Of a stretch of 31,273 nucleotides of DNA, positions 8,614 to 17,114 are shown piece by piece (positions within the stretch are counted from its first letter, which is position 1; every line of letters starts with the position of its first letter). Origin of the DNA: a virus (lineage: Duplodnaviria > Caudoviricetes); the IMG/VR virus record IMGVR_UViG_3300030333_007961, positions 1 to 31,273 of that record; one strand, given 5' to 3'. The translations under genes and the position numbers were made by a program. The notes under the pieces are model-generated. The model was not told the DNA's origin. It ran no database searches and saw only the letters and a list, made by a program, of their open reading frames with translations.

Positions 8614-11082
8614 TTACTGACAGCTTTCGCATGTTGGATCTAGTATACTACAAGCTTTAGTCATTTCTCCTATGGCCTCATGCTTGCTTTCTATTTCCTG
8701 CATTGGCGTATTCGTAGATTTTTCTATTTTACTGGCAGATAAATTTCTTAAATAATATGTGCTTTTTAGGCCTCTATTTCTCGCATGAATGTATAAATCA
8801 TTCAAGTATTTTAAAGAGGTTTCTTTGTTGAACAGGTTTAAAGATTGACCCATGTCTATCCACTTCTGTTTTGCCGCCGCTGAATCGATTAACTTAAACT
8901 GATCTCTTTCAAAGCAAGTTGAGTATCTTTCTTTTAAGTCCTCTGGGATGTCTCCATTTAATAAAGATAAATCTCCATCAACAGATTTTATGGCTTCTAT
9001 GAGCGCTTGATTCCAGATACCTCTTTCTTTGCACTCTTTGATAAACCATTCATTTACAATAGTTAAATTGCCACTTTTATTTTCATAAACAAATAAGACC
9101 GAGAAGTCTGGCTCAATACAGGGAGAGCATCCTTGTATGTATGAAATAGTAGCAGTTGGAGCAATTGCCATAGTGTTGCTATTACGCATTCCATGATCTT
9201 TTATGTGGCTCCTTAATTGCTTCCAGTCTACTTCTGGGCAAAACTTTTTACCTCTATGGAGTATCGGTTTTTGATCAAGGTAATCCATGAGGTTTTTATA
9301 TGTGTCAATTGGTAGAACATCTTGACTCCAAAGAGACCCGTCATATGTAGAGTAAGCTCCACGCTCTTTAGATAGCTTGGTAGAGTTAAGTATACAGTGA
9401 TAAGATATGAACTCATAAAGCTCGTCTGAAAACTTCACAGCATCGTCGCTTGAGAAATTCACCTTGTAAGAGTGAAACACATCAGCCCAACCCATGCTTC
9501 CAGCACCCACTGGTCTGTGTTTTAGGTTCGATTTTTTAGCTTCTTGAGTTGGGTAGAAGTTAAGGTCAATAACGTTGTCAAGCATACGCATTTGGACCTC
9601 AATTGTTTTAGCTAACCTATCAAAATCTAATTCTCCGTTGTCTTTAATGTGCTGTTTTAAATTTACAGAACTTAGGTTACATACTGCTGTTTCACCGACT
9701 TCGGTTTTTTCCCCTTCTAAAAATCTAGAAGGTTTAGTATGAAGAAAGATTTCAGTGCATAGGTTTGAGCTATGAACCACACCTTCATGCGAATTAGAGT
9801 AGCGAAAATTGGCGTTATCCTTAAAAGTCATCCAAGGGTGTCCGGTTTCAAAAAGGACTCTTAGCATTTTCTTCCAGAGGTCTTTGGCTTTTACGACTTT
9901 ATGGTTTTCAAGTTCTCCGCTGTCTGCAAGTTTGCAGTATTTTTTATATCTTTTATCGAACTTGTCTCCGTAAAGCTCGTGAAGATCACGGGTATCCGAT
10001 GGAGAGAATAAATACCAATCTTCATCCGATTGAACTTTTCTAATGAAAAGATCTGGAAGCCAGTTTGCGGTATTCATGTCGTGACACCTTCTGCGCTCGT
10101 CTCCAGTGTTCTTTTTTAAATCAAGAAAATCCTCTATGTCCAAATGCCAAGGCTCAAGATAAGCACAACCTGCTCCGGGCCTTTTGCCTCCTTGGTCTAC
10201 AGCAATAAGCGTATCGTTGTATATTTTAAGCCAAGGAATTAATCCAGATGATTTACCGTTAGTGCCTTTTACATAAGAGTTTGCTGCTCTGAAATTTGAG
10301 ACATCAAAACCTAGCCCTCCAGCAAACTTGGACTTTCTAGCTTCTTGCCACAGACCTTCAAAAATTCCATCAATTGAGTCGTCAAAAGTATTAAGATAAC
10401 AACTGGAAAGCTGACTGTGAGTACTACCGCTATTAAAAAGGGTAGGAGTAGAGCAACACAGGTAAAACTGAGACAACGTATCATAAAACTCAATAGCTTT
10501 TTCATTTTTGTTTTCTTCATTTATAGCTAACCCCATAGATACTCTCATCCAAAAGGCTTGAGGGGTCTCCATTATTCTTCCATCTATGTGGTGAAGATAT
10601 CGATCAGCTAGTATTTGTAGACCAAGATATTTAAAGTTTAAATCTCGATTAGAGTCGATATGTTCTGAAAGCATCTTAAGATCGAAATCAAGAAGCCTCT
10701 TGTCTAGGATGTCTTCCTTTATTAGTTTTTTTGTGTTTCTTATAAAAGAGAGCTTGTATTGGTTATCATATATATCTTTATCTACGCTTTCGCCAAAGAC
10801 TTCTTTATATATAGAGGAGAGTAAAAGTCTTGCTGCTACATACGAATAATTAGGCTCTTTTTCAATTTTTTGCCTAGCACTCATTATGAGAGCTTTATCT
10901 ATTTCATCGGTGGTTATTTTATCGTAAATTTGTACATGGGCATCTAGTACTACCTCGCTTGCGGAAACATTCTCTAGCTCATTACAAGCCCAAGAAGCGC
11001 AAATGTTTATTTTGTCTATGTTTAGTTCTTGGAGTCTTCCATTCCTCTTTTTAACGTGTATTACTTGAGAGTCTTTATTCAT
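8614..11082 (-). CDS. nrdA: Ribonucleotide reductase class I R1 (alpha) with ATP cone
   Basis: VKKRNG ATP cone, TPTLFN, SSCY, SSNLCTEI, APTATIS, STYYLR, C-terminal Cys tail. Confidence 0.98.
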   Translation of the reverse strand: MNKDSQVIHVKKRNGRLQELNIDKINICASWACNELENVSASEVVLDAHVQIYDKITTDEIDKALIMSARQKIEKEPNYSYVAARLLLSSIYKEVFGESVDKDIYDNQYKLSFIRNTKKLIKEDILDKRLLDFDLKMLSEHIDSNRDLNFKYLGLQILADRYLHHIDGRIMETPQAFWMRVSMGLAINEENKNEKAIEFYDTLSQFYLCCSTPTLFNSGSTHSQLSSCYLNTFDDSIDGIFEGLWQEARKSKFAGGLGFDVSNFRAANSYVKGTNGKSSGLIPWLKIYNDTLIAVDQGGKRPGAGCAYLEPWHLDIEDFLDLKKNTGDERRRCHDMNTANWLPDLFIRKVQSDEDWYLFSPSDTRDLHELYGDKFDKRYKKYCKLADSGELENHKVVKAKDLWKKMLRVLFETGHPWMTFKDNANFRYSNSHEGVVHSSNLCTEIFLHTKPSRFLEGEKTEVGETAVCNLSSVNLKQHIKDNGELDFDRLAKTIEVQMRMLDNVIDLNFYPTQEAKKSNLKHRPVGAGSMGWADVFHSYKVNFSSDDAVKFSDELYEFISYHCILNSTKLSKERGAYSTYDGSLWSQDVLPIDTYKNLMDYLDQKPILHRGKKFCPEVDWKQLRSHIKDHGMRNSNTMAIAPTATISYIQGCSPCIEPDFSVLFVYENKSGNLTIVNEWFIKECKERGIWNQALIEAIKSVDGDLSLLNGDIPEDLKERYSTCFERDQFKLIDSAAAKQKWIDMGQSLNLFNKETSLKYLNDLYIHARNRGLKSTYYLRNLSASKIEKSTNTPMQEIESKHEAIGEMTKACSILDPTCESCQ

Positions 11083-11103
11083 GATACAATAAAATTTACA
11101 GAT

Positions 11104-11141
11104 TTTTTGTGAAGTTTTTCACAAAAAGTTCCTTATAGGAA
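11104..11141. promoter_or_regulatory. Palindromic operator-like sites upstream of nrdA
   Basis: TTTTTGTGAA-GTTT-TTCACAAAAA (contains TGTGA-N6-TCACA) and TTCCT-TAT-AGGAA. Confidence 0.5.
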
Positions 11142-11184
11142 ATTTTCTTTTTAGAAGAATTAAAAAGGTGTATTAGACCTTCAT

Positions 11185-11535
11185 TTAAAGACCTAACCCC
11201 CCTTGGTTCGGATGCCTCTTGCCGTTTCGATCTTTGCTCCACTTTTCGTAATAGTCTTTTTTAACGGGGTCTTGGCCACCGTTTTGTTTTGCTCTTTTGT
11301 CGCTTGCCTCTCTAGCTTGATCAAAAAGATCCCCCATCGAACCTTTTTGATGTCTCGTCTTTTCCACAAACTGGTTTGCACTGAGAGGTGCGGTGTCTAC
11401 TGATGCGTTAGGGACTGTAAAAACCCTATTCCATTCAGTTCCATCTTCGTCAACGTAAACGTGTTCCTCTTTTACAGACTGAATAACCTCAATGGTTTGT
11501 CCAGTTTTGGGGTGCTCGAATACGTAACAGGGCAT
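11185..11535 (-). CDS. FmdB-like small phage protein (zinc ligands degenerate)
   Basis: MPCYVFEHPKTG...EVIQS resembles the MPxYxY start of FmdB-like proteins. Confidence 0.55.
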   Translation of the reverse strand: MPCYVFEHPKTGQTIEVIQSVKEEHVYVDEDGTEWNRVFTVPNASVDTAPLSANQFVEKTRHQKGSMGDLFDQAREASDKRAKQNGGQDPVKKDYYEKWSKDRNGKRHPNQGGLGL

Positions 11536-11539
11536 GAGA

Positions 11540-12616
11540 CTATATTAGGTTGAGAAGAGTGTCAACAGTTTTGTCTATCTTGAAGTCTTCTTGGATTTTT
11601 AAGCCAGCTTCATTAACTCTGTTTGCTTCAAGTCTTTTAATTGACTCTTCGCAAGCGGCTATGAATTGATCTTCATCGAAGTCAAAAATTTGTCCTTGAT
11701 TAAATGGCTGATTTGGTTGGAAGAACATTCCATCGTAACAGTCAATCTGTTCTTTAGGATCAACTAACACTGCGTTGTCCTTATTGGCCCATTCTTTATA
11801 GGAGTGAGCGTTCATAATAACTGCGTGTTTACCTAAACCAACTGAGTGAAACTCTGGTAATCCCCAGCCTTCACCGCCTGACATTCCTAAGATTATATCT
11901 CCAGAATTTAAAAAATCATTGTAGACAGAATTTTTCTGCATGTGACCTAAAAAGTTCACATTAAAGTAAGACTTGTTCTCTAAGACTCTATTGATAAGCG
12001 CGTTGTTGTCTTGCTCTTTTAAGAACGGGTTGTATACAGCGCACTGCAAGAAATATTTTTTATCATTGCCGAATTTTTTAACCCAAGCTCTGATTAATTT
12101 TTCGTGACGTTTTCTTTTTTCAATTTTACCCACCACATTGAAAGTTATTCTCCCATCGGTGAAATATTTTTTATCTGTTCTCTTAAAGTTGAAAGAGTCA
12201 AACGCTAAAGGGACGTAATCTGTTTTTATACCCCTCTTTGAAAATGCTTCTTGAGCGTACCTTGACGTTAAAACAGTGGTGTGATTCTTTGCGATATTTT
12301 GCTCTACCGGAGTTGGGTCATTTAACTCGTAGAAGGTTAGCAATATTTGCTTTTCACTTACTGACTCAAGAGATCCATTTAAGTGCCAAAGTTTTATTAC
12401 AGGCTGTTTCCTGTCGTGATCGGTCAGAGATTTGTTGATACATTTTTGTATCCAATCACCGAACTCTTGATCTATGTTTTGGCAAGAAAGATCAACCCCG
12501 TTCCCAATGGTAAATAAGCAGGGCTCAAGAGATCGCTTATGTATCTCCCTCAAAACATGAGTAGATACTTGACCAAAGGAAACGGAATTGAGTGGTAAAT
12601 GAAGTGCAAAGCTCAT
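11540..12616 (-). CDS. GT4-like (GT-B) glycosyltransferase
   Basis: VGKIEKRKR and GGEGWGLP motifs. Confidence 0.85.
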   Translation of the reverse strand: MSFALHLPLNSVSFGQVSTHVLREIHKRSLEPCLFTIGNGVDLSCQNIDQEFGDWIQKCINKSLTDHDRKQPVIKLWHLNGSLESVSEKQILLTFYELNDPTPVEQNIAKNHTTVLTSRYAQEAFSKRGIKTDYVPLAFDSFNFKRTDKKYFTDGRITFNVVGKIEKRKRHEKLIRAWVKKFGNDKKYFLQCAVYNPFLKEQDNNALINRVLENKSYFNVNFLGHMQKNSVYNDFLNSGDIILGMSGGEGWGLPEFHSVGLGKHAVIMNAHSYKEWANKDNAVLVDPKEQIDCYDGMFFQPNQPFNQGQIFDFDEDQFIAACEESIKRLEANRVNEAGLKIQEDFKIDKTVDTLLNLI

Positions 12617-12898
12617 TTAGAACAAATCTTCTTCAGAGTTGTCGGTTGCAACGGTTTGCTCTTCTTGTTTCTTGACAGTCGTAGAACTGGTCTGACGATT
12701 CTCGGATTTATAGATAATGAAATCGGGGTGGTTATCGCCATTTTTATTCTTATTTCTAAAAATAACGACTTCTTCTTGATTGTCTTTTTCGCCAATCTTA
12801 CCGTAGAAGTACTTCCCGCTCTTTCCTTCTCGTACCCAGAGAGCGCCGAGTTCACGCTTCTGCCATTCGTTTTGCTGTTTATTGTTGTCGTCTGACAT
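12617..12898 (-). CDS. DUF736-like small protein (possible ssDNA binding)
   Basis: LGALW...GKYFYGKI...N...HPDF with acidic tail ending DLF; ATG at 12898. Confidence 0.6.
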   Translation of the reverse strand: MSDDNNKQQNEWQKRELGALWVREGKSGKYFYGKIGEKDNQEEVVIFRNKNKNGDNHPDFIIYKSENRQTSSTTVKKQEEQTVATDNSEEDLF

Positions 12899-12944
12899 AA
12901 TCAGCACCTATTTACCACCTTGCTGACAGTGAAGTCAAGTTGAA

Positions 12945-13598
12945 TCATTTAAAAAAATGTCCGTGGTCTTTTTTAATTTTATTTAAAGCGCTTTTAACTT
13001 TCGGTTTTAAATTATTCAGAAATTGGTCGTCGTTTACGTTGAAGGTAGGGAATTGAAACTTATAATCTGCTCTAACCTTAACTAAAGGGTCATGCATACG
13101 CTCTTCTTCGTTAGCTGGCCCTATTACGTTTTTAATTTTCTCGCCCTCACTATTTATTTCATTGTCAAATCTGCTCAAATGAATAACTACTCCCTTTTTC
13201 TGTTCTTGAACCCAGTAAGTTTCATCTTTTTCATAATAACTAAATCTAAGGTCGGTTATTATAAATAAAGTCTTTTTTGAAGTAGATAAAGTTTTTATGT
13301 AATCTTCCACTTTTTCAATCCAATATCTTCCGTAGGAAGTTTCTCTTTTGACCTTTGCGTAAGCAACTAGCAGTGGCCTAATCTTATCTTTCTCCGATCT
13401 AGTGCATTCAGTCGGGTCAATGTCAAATTTTTCTATAATAAAATCTTTTAGATCGTCTTTTAGATGATCAGCCAAAGAAAGTCTTTGTACATTAAGTTCG
13501 GGGTATTCGTTTTCGAGGATTTCTTTAGAAATTTTATAAAAAGTGTCTTTTCCACACCCTGCGACCCCTCCTATACCTATGAAGAACTTTTTAGCCAT
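12945..13598 (-). CDS. Deoxynucleoside monophosphate kinase
   Basis: IGIGGVAGCGKDT P-loop, LADHLK, RPLL, ITDLRF. Confidence 0.85.
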   Translation of the reverse strand: MAKKFFIGIGGVAGCGKDTFYKISKEILENEYPELNVQRLSLADHLKDDLKDFIIEKFDIDPTECTRSEKDKIRPLLVAYAKVKRETSYGRYWIEKVEDYIKTLSTSKKTLFIITDLRFSYYEKDETYWVQEQKKGVVIHLSRFDNEINSEGEKIKNVIGPANEEERMHDPLVKVRADYKFQFPTFNVNDDQFLNNLKPKVKSALNKIKKDHGHFFK

Positions 13599-13605
13599 AG
13601 GAATA

Positions 13606-13634
13606 ATTATAGTTAATTTAATTTTTTATTTCAA
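13606..13634 (-). promoter_or_regulatory. Sigma70 promoter, probably leaderless transcript
   Basis: TTGAAA-N17-TATAAT followed 7 nt later by ATG 13598. Confidence 0.8.
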
Positions 13635-13651
13635 GTTTATTTGTGGAATGT
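13623..13651. repeat. 29-bp direct repeat, copy 1
   Basis: TTTTTATTTCAAGTTTATTTGTGGAATGT, identical at 14278-14306. Confidence 0.95.
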
Positions 13652-13664
13652 TAATGATTTCATT

Positions 13665-14255
13665 TTACTGCACCTCAAACTTTTCAAATAATGGAAGATT
13701 TTTATACCACTCCATAACTCTACCATATTTTTTTTCTAAAAGAAATTTAATCTCATCAGGCATCTGAGTCCAATCGCTCTTACGCCTCTTAAACTCATAG
13801 ACTGATGGATCAACATTAATACCCCAAAAATCCACCAAAGGTTTGATTCCATATTCGCTAAGAGCTTCATACCTCATAAACATCAAATTATATTGCCTAT
13901 CAGTATTATTAAGGTATCCATCAGCATGTTCTTTGTACTTATAGGCATCATATGGATCTACCAAATACTCTGCTAGAGTTTGATCCTCTCTATCCTCAAA
14001 ATACTTGTAGTCACCACCGCACTGTTTTGTGTGAACTTTATTAAAAGTTTCGCTTCTAGCAAAAGAACAGATTGTATAATCGTAAGGATTGCACATCAGA
14101 TAAACAACTTTAGAGCCTTTTTTAAAAACATTATAATTTGGATTTCTACAGTGATGATCAATTTGTGGATCATTAAAGTGGCCACCAAGAACTCCAATAA
14201 TAGAGTAAGTTCCTGTACATCCTTGTGTGATTAAAAAATTTTTCATGCAGATCAA
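13665..14255 (-). CDS. Sulfotransferase-like protein
   Basis: ITQGCTGT (PSB-loop-like), KVVYLMCNPYD, MFMRYEAL. Start may be ATG 14246. Confidence 0.6.
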   Translation of the reverse strand: MICMKNFLITQGCTGTYSIIGVLGGHFNDPQIDHHCRNPNYNVFKKGSKVVYLMCNPYDYTICSFARSETFNKVHTKQCGGDYKYFEDREDQTLAEYLVDPYDAYKYKEHADGYLNNTDRQYNLMFMRYEALSEYGIKPLVDFWGINVDPSVYEFKRRKSDWTQMPDEIKFLLEKKYGRVMEWYKNLPLFEKFEVQ

Positions 14256-14277
14256 TAATTGAGTTTATTGTTTCAGG

Positions 14278-14306
14278 TTTTTATTTCAAGTTTATTTGTG
14301 GAATGT
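14278..14306. repeat. 29-bp direct repeat, copy 2 (contains -35 TTGAAA on the minus strand)
   Basis: Identical to 13623-13651; followed on the minus strand by N16-TAAACT. Confidence 0.95.
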
Positions 14307-14327
14307 GAACTTTTCTTTAAGCAATAA

Positions 14328-14369
14328 GACAAAAAATACCCCCCCATAGAGGGGGATATTGATTTTGTC
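14328..14369 (-). terminator. Rho-independent terminator
   Basis: AATATCCCCCT-CTAT-GGGGGGGTATT-TTTT; two G-U pairs favour the minus strand. Confidence 0.8.
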
Positions 14370-14374
14370 GGAAT

Positions 14375-14685
14375 GCAAATCTTCTTTGAAGCCCCTTTAT
14401 ATTTTAATGCGTGGGGAGCGCGACAAAATGCGAGCGGAAAAAATCCGCGATAAACTACCACCTGTTTAGGGAGGCGAGAGGGACTGTGCTTAAAAACTCT
14501 ACTTACATTTATCTACCACAACACGCTGGGGCATTGCCATAGCAATTAACTATGAGTCCTTTACCTTGTCGCATAACAAGGCCGCTATACCTTTTGATAC
14601 GGGCTCAAGCCTACCCACCCTACTTTTCTTCGGTTATCTCAGGAAAACTCCACTGATTTCTCCCAGCGAGCTTAAAAGGATTTGC
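14375..14685 (-). ncRNA. Candidate large structured ncRNA, family unknown
   Basis: GC-richer stretch with no credible ORF; its ends pair with each other, with internal long-range helix and several hairpins, followed by a terminator. Confidence 0.6.
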
Positions 14686-14703
14686 GCCTTTTTGATATGA
14701 CTA

Positions 14704-15159
14704 TCATTCGTCGCCATCTTCGTCAATGTTTTTTTCTGAAGCCAGCGTTTGAGCTATAAAACATAGAGATTTTATATCTTGTTCTTTTATCTCAGCGGGG
14801 TCGCAAGTGTACTGACCCATTCCAACCACCTCACAGAAACTATTAACTATCAATGCAACCTCAGATGTAGTTGAGTAAGTTAAGTCTACATTTTGATTTA
14901 GCTGATCTAATTTTCTTTTTAAGATCCAAATTTTACCTTGCTCAGTCTCCGACTCGACAAGCATTTCGGCGCTAACCATATCATGTAGTGCAGCCTCGAT
15001 AGCAGCCTGATCTTTTTCTTTTTCTAGAGAAATAGGGCAAACAGAAACAAAGTTTTCTTTAATGCAAAAATATTCATTTTGCTTAAACCACTCAAATAAA
15101 CTTAAACTAGCATCGAAAACAGTCACCAAACACTTTATCTGTTTTAGACCAAAAATCAA
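14704..15159 (-). CDS. Hypothetical protein
   Basis: 151-aa ORF; start may be GTG at 15126. Confidence 0.7.
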   Translation of the reverse strand: MIFGLKQIKCLVTVFDASLSLFEWFKQNEYFCIKENFVSVCPISLEKEKDQAAIEAALHDMVSAEMLVESETEQGKIWILKRKLDQLNQNVDLTYSTTSEVALIVNSFCEVVGMGQYTCDPAEIKEQDIKSLCFIAQTLASEKNIDEDGDE

Positions 15160-15203
15160 AATAAACTTGCAATTGATTTTTTTTCCTTATACTCTCGGAG
15201 CCG

Positions 15204-15473
15204 ATGAAAGAAAACATCAAAAAGAAAACCAGAGGTCGCCCATCAGTCAATGTTAATTGGCCAGAAGGGAAAGAGTTTACCGCAAGAGACGTTTTAAAAG
15301 AAACTGAACAATCTACAGGAAGAGAGCTTACCCCAACTGCAATTAGGGTGAAAATAAGAAAGGCTCTTGAGGCTGGAGAAATTGAAAGAGTTGGAACTGT
15401 CTCGGAGCAAGCTGGTAGACCATTGTTCACCTACAAAAAAATTCAGAAGACCGAGACCAAACACTCTTGGTAG
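15204..15473 (+). CDS. Small winged-helix-like DNA-binding protein
   Basis: RGRP, FTARDVL, AIRVKIRKALEAGEIERVG, GRPLFTYK. Confidence 0.65.
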   Translation: MKENIKKKTRGRPSVNVNWPEGKEFTARDVLKETEQSTGRELTPTAIRVKIRKALEAGEIERVGTVSEQAGRPLFTYKKIQKTETKHSW

Positions 15474-15481
15474 TTCTGTAA

Positions 15482-15508
15482 CCAGCAGGGAGACCTGCTG
15501 GGTTTTTT
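15482..15508 (+). terminator. Rho-independent terminator
   Basis: CCAGCAGG-GAGA-CCTGCTGG-GTTTTTT. Confidence 0.9.
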
Positions 15509-15913
15509 ATGGTTTTCGATTATAAAAAACGGAACGATTCTTTTGTAGAGCCAGTAAGAGAAGGTAACGTCTTCAACTTACTGTCTAGTGGTTATTTTAG
15601 AATAGATCCATACGAAAGAAAGGTCGTGGATTTCGGTATTTCATTTGAAATGCCAGAAGACGTAATTGCGAACCTATGCCCTCATCCAGAATTATTTTTG
15701 GCTAAGGGTGTTTATGTGCTGAAAGATTTTTTCAAAAACGGAGAAAATATCAATGGGGTATTTATGAATGTTTGCTTACCTGATTTTTTATATATCAAAG
15801 AAAAATCTGTGTTGGCTAATTCTGTTTTTTTTGGATCTCATAATACCCTAGTATTCGATAAGGGAGATATCGTAGCTAAGTTATTTTTTAGTAAAATAGA
15901 AAAGGTGGTTTAA
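15509..15913 (+). CDS. Degenerate dUTPase-like protein
   Basis: IDPYERKVVDFGISFEMPE and KGDIVAKLFF resemble the dUTPase scaffold; RS, GxID and RGxxGFGS are absent. Confidence 0.5.
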   Translation: MVFDYKKRNDSFVEPVREGNVFNLLSSGYFRIDPYERKVVDFGISFEMPEDVIANLCPHPELFLAKGVYVLKDFFKNGENINGVFMNVCLPDFLYIKEKSVLANSVFFGSHNTLVFDKGDIVAKLFFSKIEKVV

Positions 15914-15914
15914 A

Positions 15915-16280
15915 ATGTTAAATGAAATTGTAATGGCCTCGTGCTGGGTTGTGTTTGTTATGTTGATTTGGTTTCAAAGCGATGCCTTTGAATATTATTT
16001 AAGATACTTTGGCGTAGGGCATTGGTTCAACATAGACACTTACGATAAAGAAGATCCAGATAAAGACTTGGAATACTTAGATTTTATAAGGGTTAAATAT
16101 AAAAGTAGGTCATTTATAGTGGCCCTAGTTACTTGCCCTACCTGTTTATGCGTTTGGTTATGCATTGCAGCGTGTTTGACATTTGAATGTATTTATTATT
16201 TTCCAATCGTGTTTTTATCTTCTCTTATAGTGTATTTATTAGTAGAGAGGATTTTTTATGCGAACACAGATAGACTATAG
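15915..16280 (+). CDS. Membrane protein with CPxC motif (DUF1360-like)
   Basis: Hydrophobic segments, LVTCPTCLCVW. Confidence 0.55.
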   Translation: MLNEIVMASCWVVFVMLIWFQSDAFEYYLRYFGVGHWFNIDTYDKEDPDKDLEYLDFIRVKYKSRSFIVALVTCPTCLCVWLCIAACLTFECIYYFPIVFLSSLIVYLLVERIFYANTDRL

Positions 16281-16527
16281 AGACTTTATATCTTCTTTAG
16301 AAAAAGATGACTCGATTAAAGAAATACCATTTACTAAAAGGGCGGTGCTATTGAGGGAATCCGCTAAAAATTGTTGTAAATGCAACAGGAAGCAAAACGT
16401 GCAAAAATTTAAAGATTTCGTATTCGGCGCTGACGCTATGCTTTCGGAAAAAGACAAGCAAGACATAAAAAAACTTCTTGGCGAAATAGATGTAATTCAA
16501 GAAGACCAAATAATTTTACAATTATGA
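16258..16527 (+). CDS. Hypothetical protein
   Basis: 89-aa ORF with CCKC, overlapping neighbours. Confidence 0.65.
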   Translation: MRTQIDYRDFISSLEKDDSIKEIPFTKRAVLLRESAKNCCKCNRKQNVQKFKDFVFGADAMLSEKDKQDIKKLLGEIDVIQEDQIILQL

Positions 16528-16901
16528 TAGCGGGGCTTGGAATAGACGTTCAAAGCATCTTCCAAGTATCTAGGATGCTCGACAAGCACGGAGAAAAGTT
16601 TCTAGATAAAGTGCTAACAGAGAGGGAAAAAGATTACTGCCTCAATAAGCTCGACCCTAAAGAAAGTATTGCTGGCAAGTGGGCCGCGAAAGAGGCGGCG
16701 ATTAAGTCGTTAACTGATACAAGTTTTAAGGTGTTTAATTTTTTGGATGTAGAAATAATAAACAGTCCCAGAGGAAAGCCTTACGTTTTATTCAAAGACC
16801 AAAAAATACATTATGAGCTTAAATTCTTTTTATCTGTATCTCATTCAGAAGATTACGCTGCGGCGACATGCATAGCTGAAGGAAATGATTTACAAGCATA
16901 A
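16524..16901 (+). CDS. acpS: Holo-ACP synthase (phosphopantetheinyl transferase)
   Basis: GLGIDV, AGKWAAKEAAIKSL, GKP, SVSHSEDYAAA. Confidence 0.95.
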   Translation: MIAGLGIDVQSIFQVSRMLDKHGEKFLDKVLTEREKDYCLNKLDPKESIAGKWAAKEAAIKSLTDTSFKVFNFLDVEIINSPRGKPYVLFKDQKIHYELKFFLSVSHSEDYAAATCIAEGNDLQA

Positions 16902-17112
16902 GATCAACTCGTTAAGCGAGGAAGAACTTAGCGTTATAGTTTTCTTAATGACTCACTTAACGAATAGCAAAATAAAGTTTGACATTAGTATTTTGCCATT
17001 TTATAAACTCGCCTTTGTTCAGCACTTGCTAAAAATTGGTTGGCCCAACGTAAAAGATGAGCATAAAGATTTTTACAAGGAGCTATGCGTAAAATTTGAA
17101 TTAGAGGTATAA
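16885..17112 (+). CDS. Hypothetical protein
   Basis: 75-aa ORF between acpS and ACP. Confidence 0.6.
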   Translation: MIYKHKINSLSEEELSVIVFLMTHLTNSKIKFDISILPFYKLAFVQHLLKIGWPNVKDEHKDFYKELCVKFELEV

Positions 17113-17114
17113 AA

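Noticed and set aside
8614-11082. Intein or intron in nrdA
   Set aside because: Continuous 822-aa ORF with normal motif spacing and no splice-junction motifs.
13623-14306. CRISPR array or IS element suggested by the 29-bp repeats
   Set aside because: Only two copies 655 bp apart, with no cas or transposase gene.
14273-14461. 62-aa ORF in the track
   Set aside because: Runs through a terminator and a promoter repeat and has no recognisable protein features.
14375-14685. RNase P RNA, tmRNA or a true group I intron
   Set aside because: No GAGGAAAGUCC P4 motif, no tRNA-like ends, no interrupted gene and no canonical bulged G-binding site; kept only as an unknown RNA.
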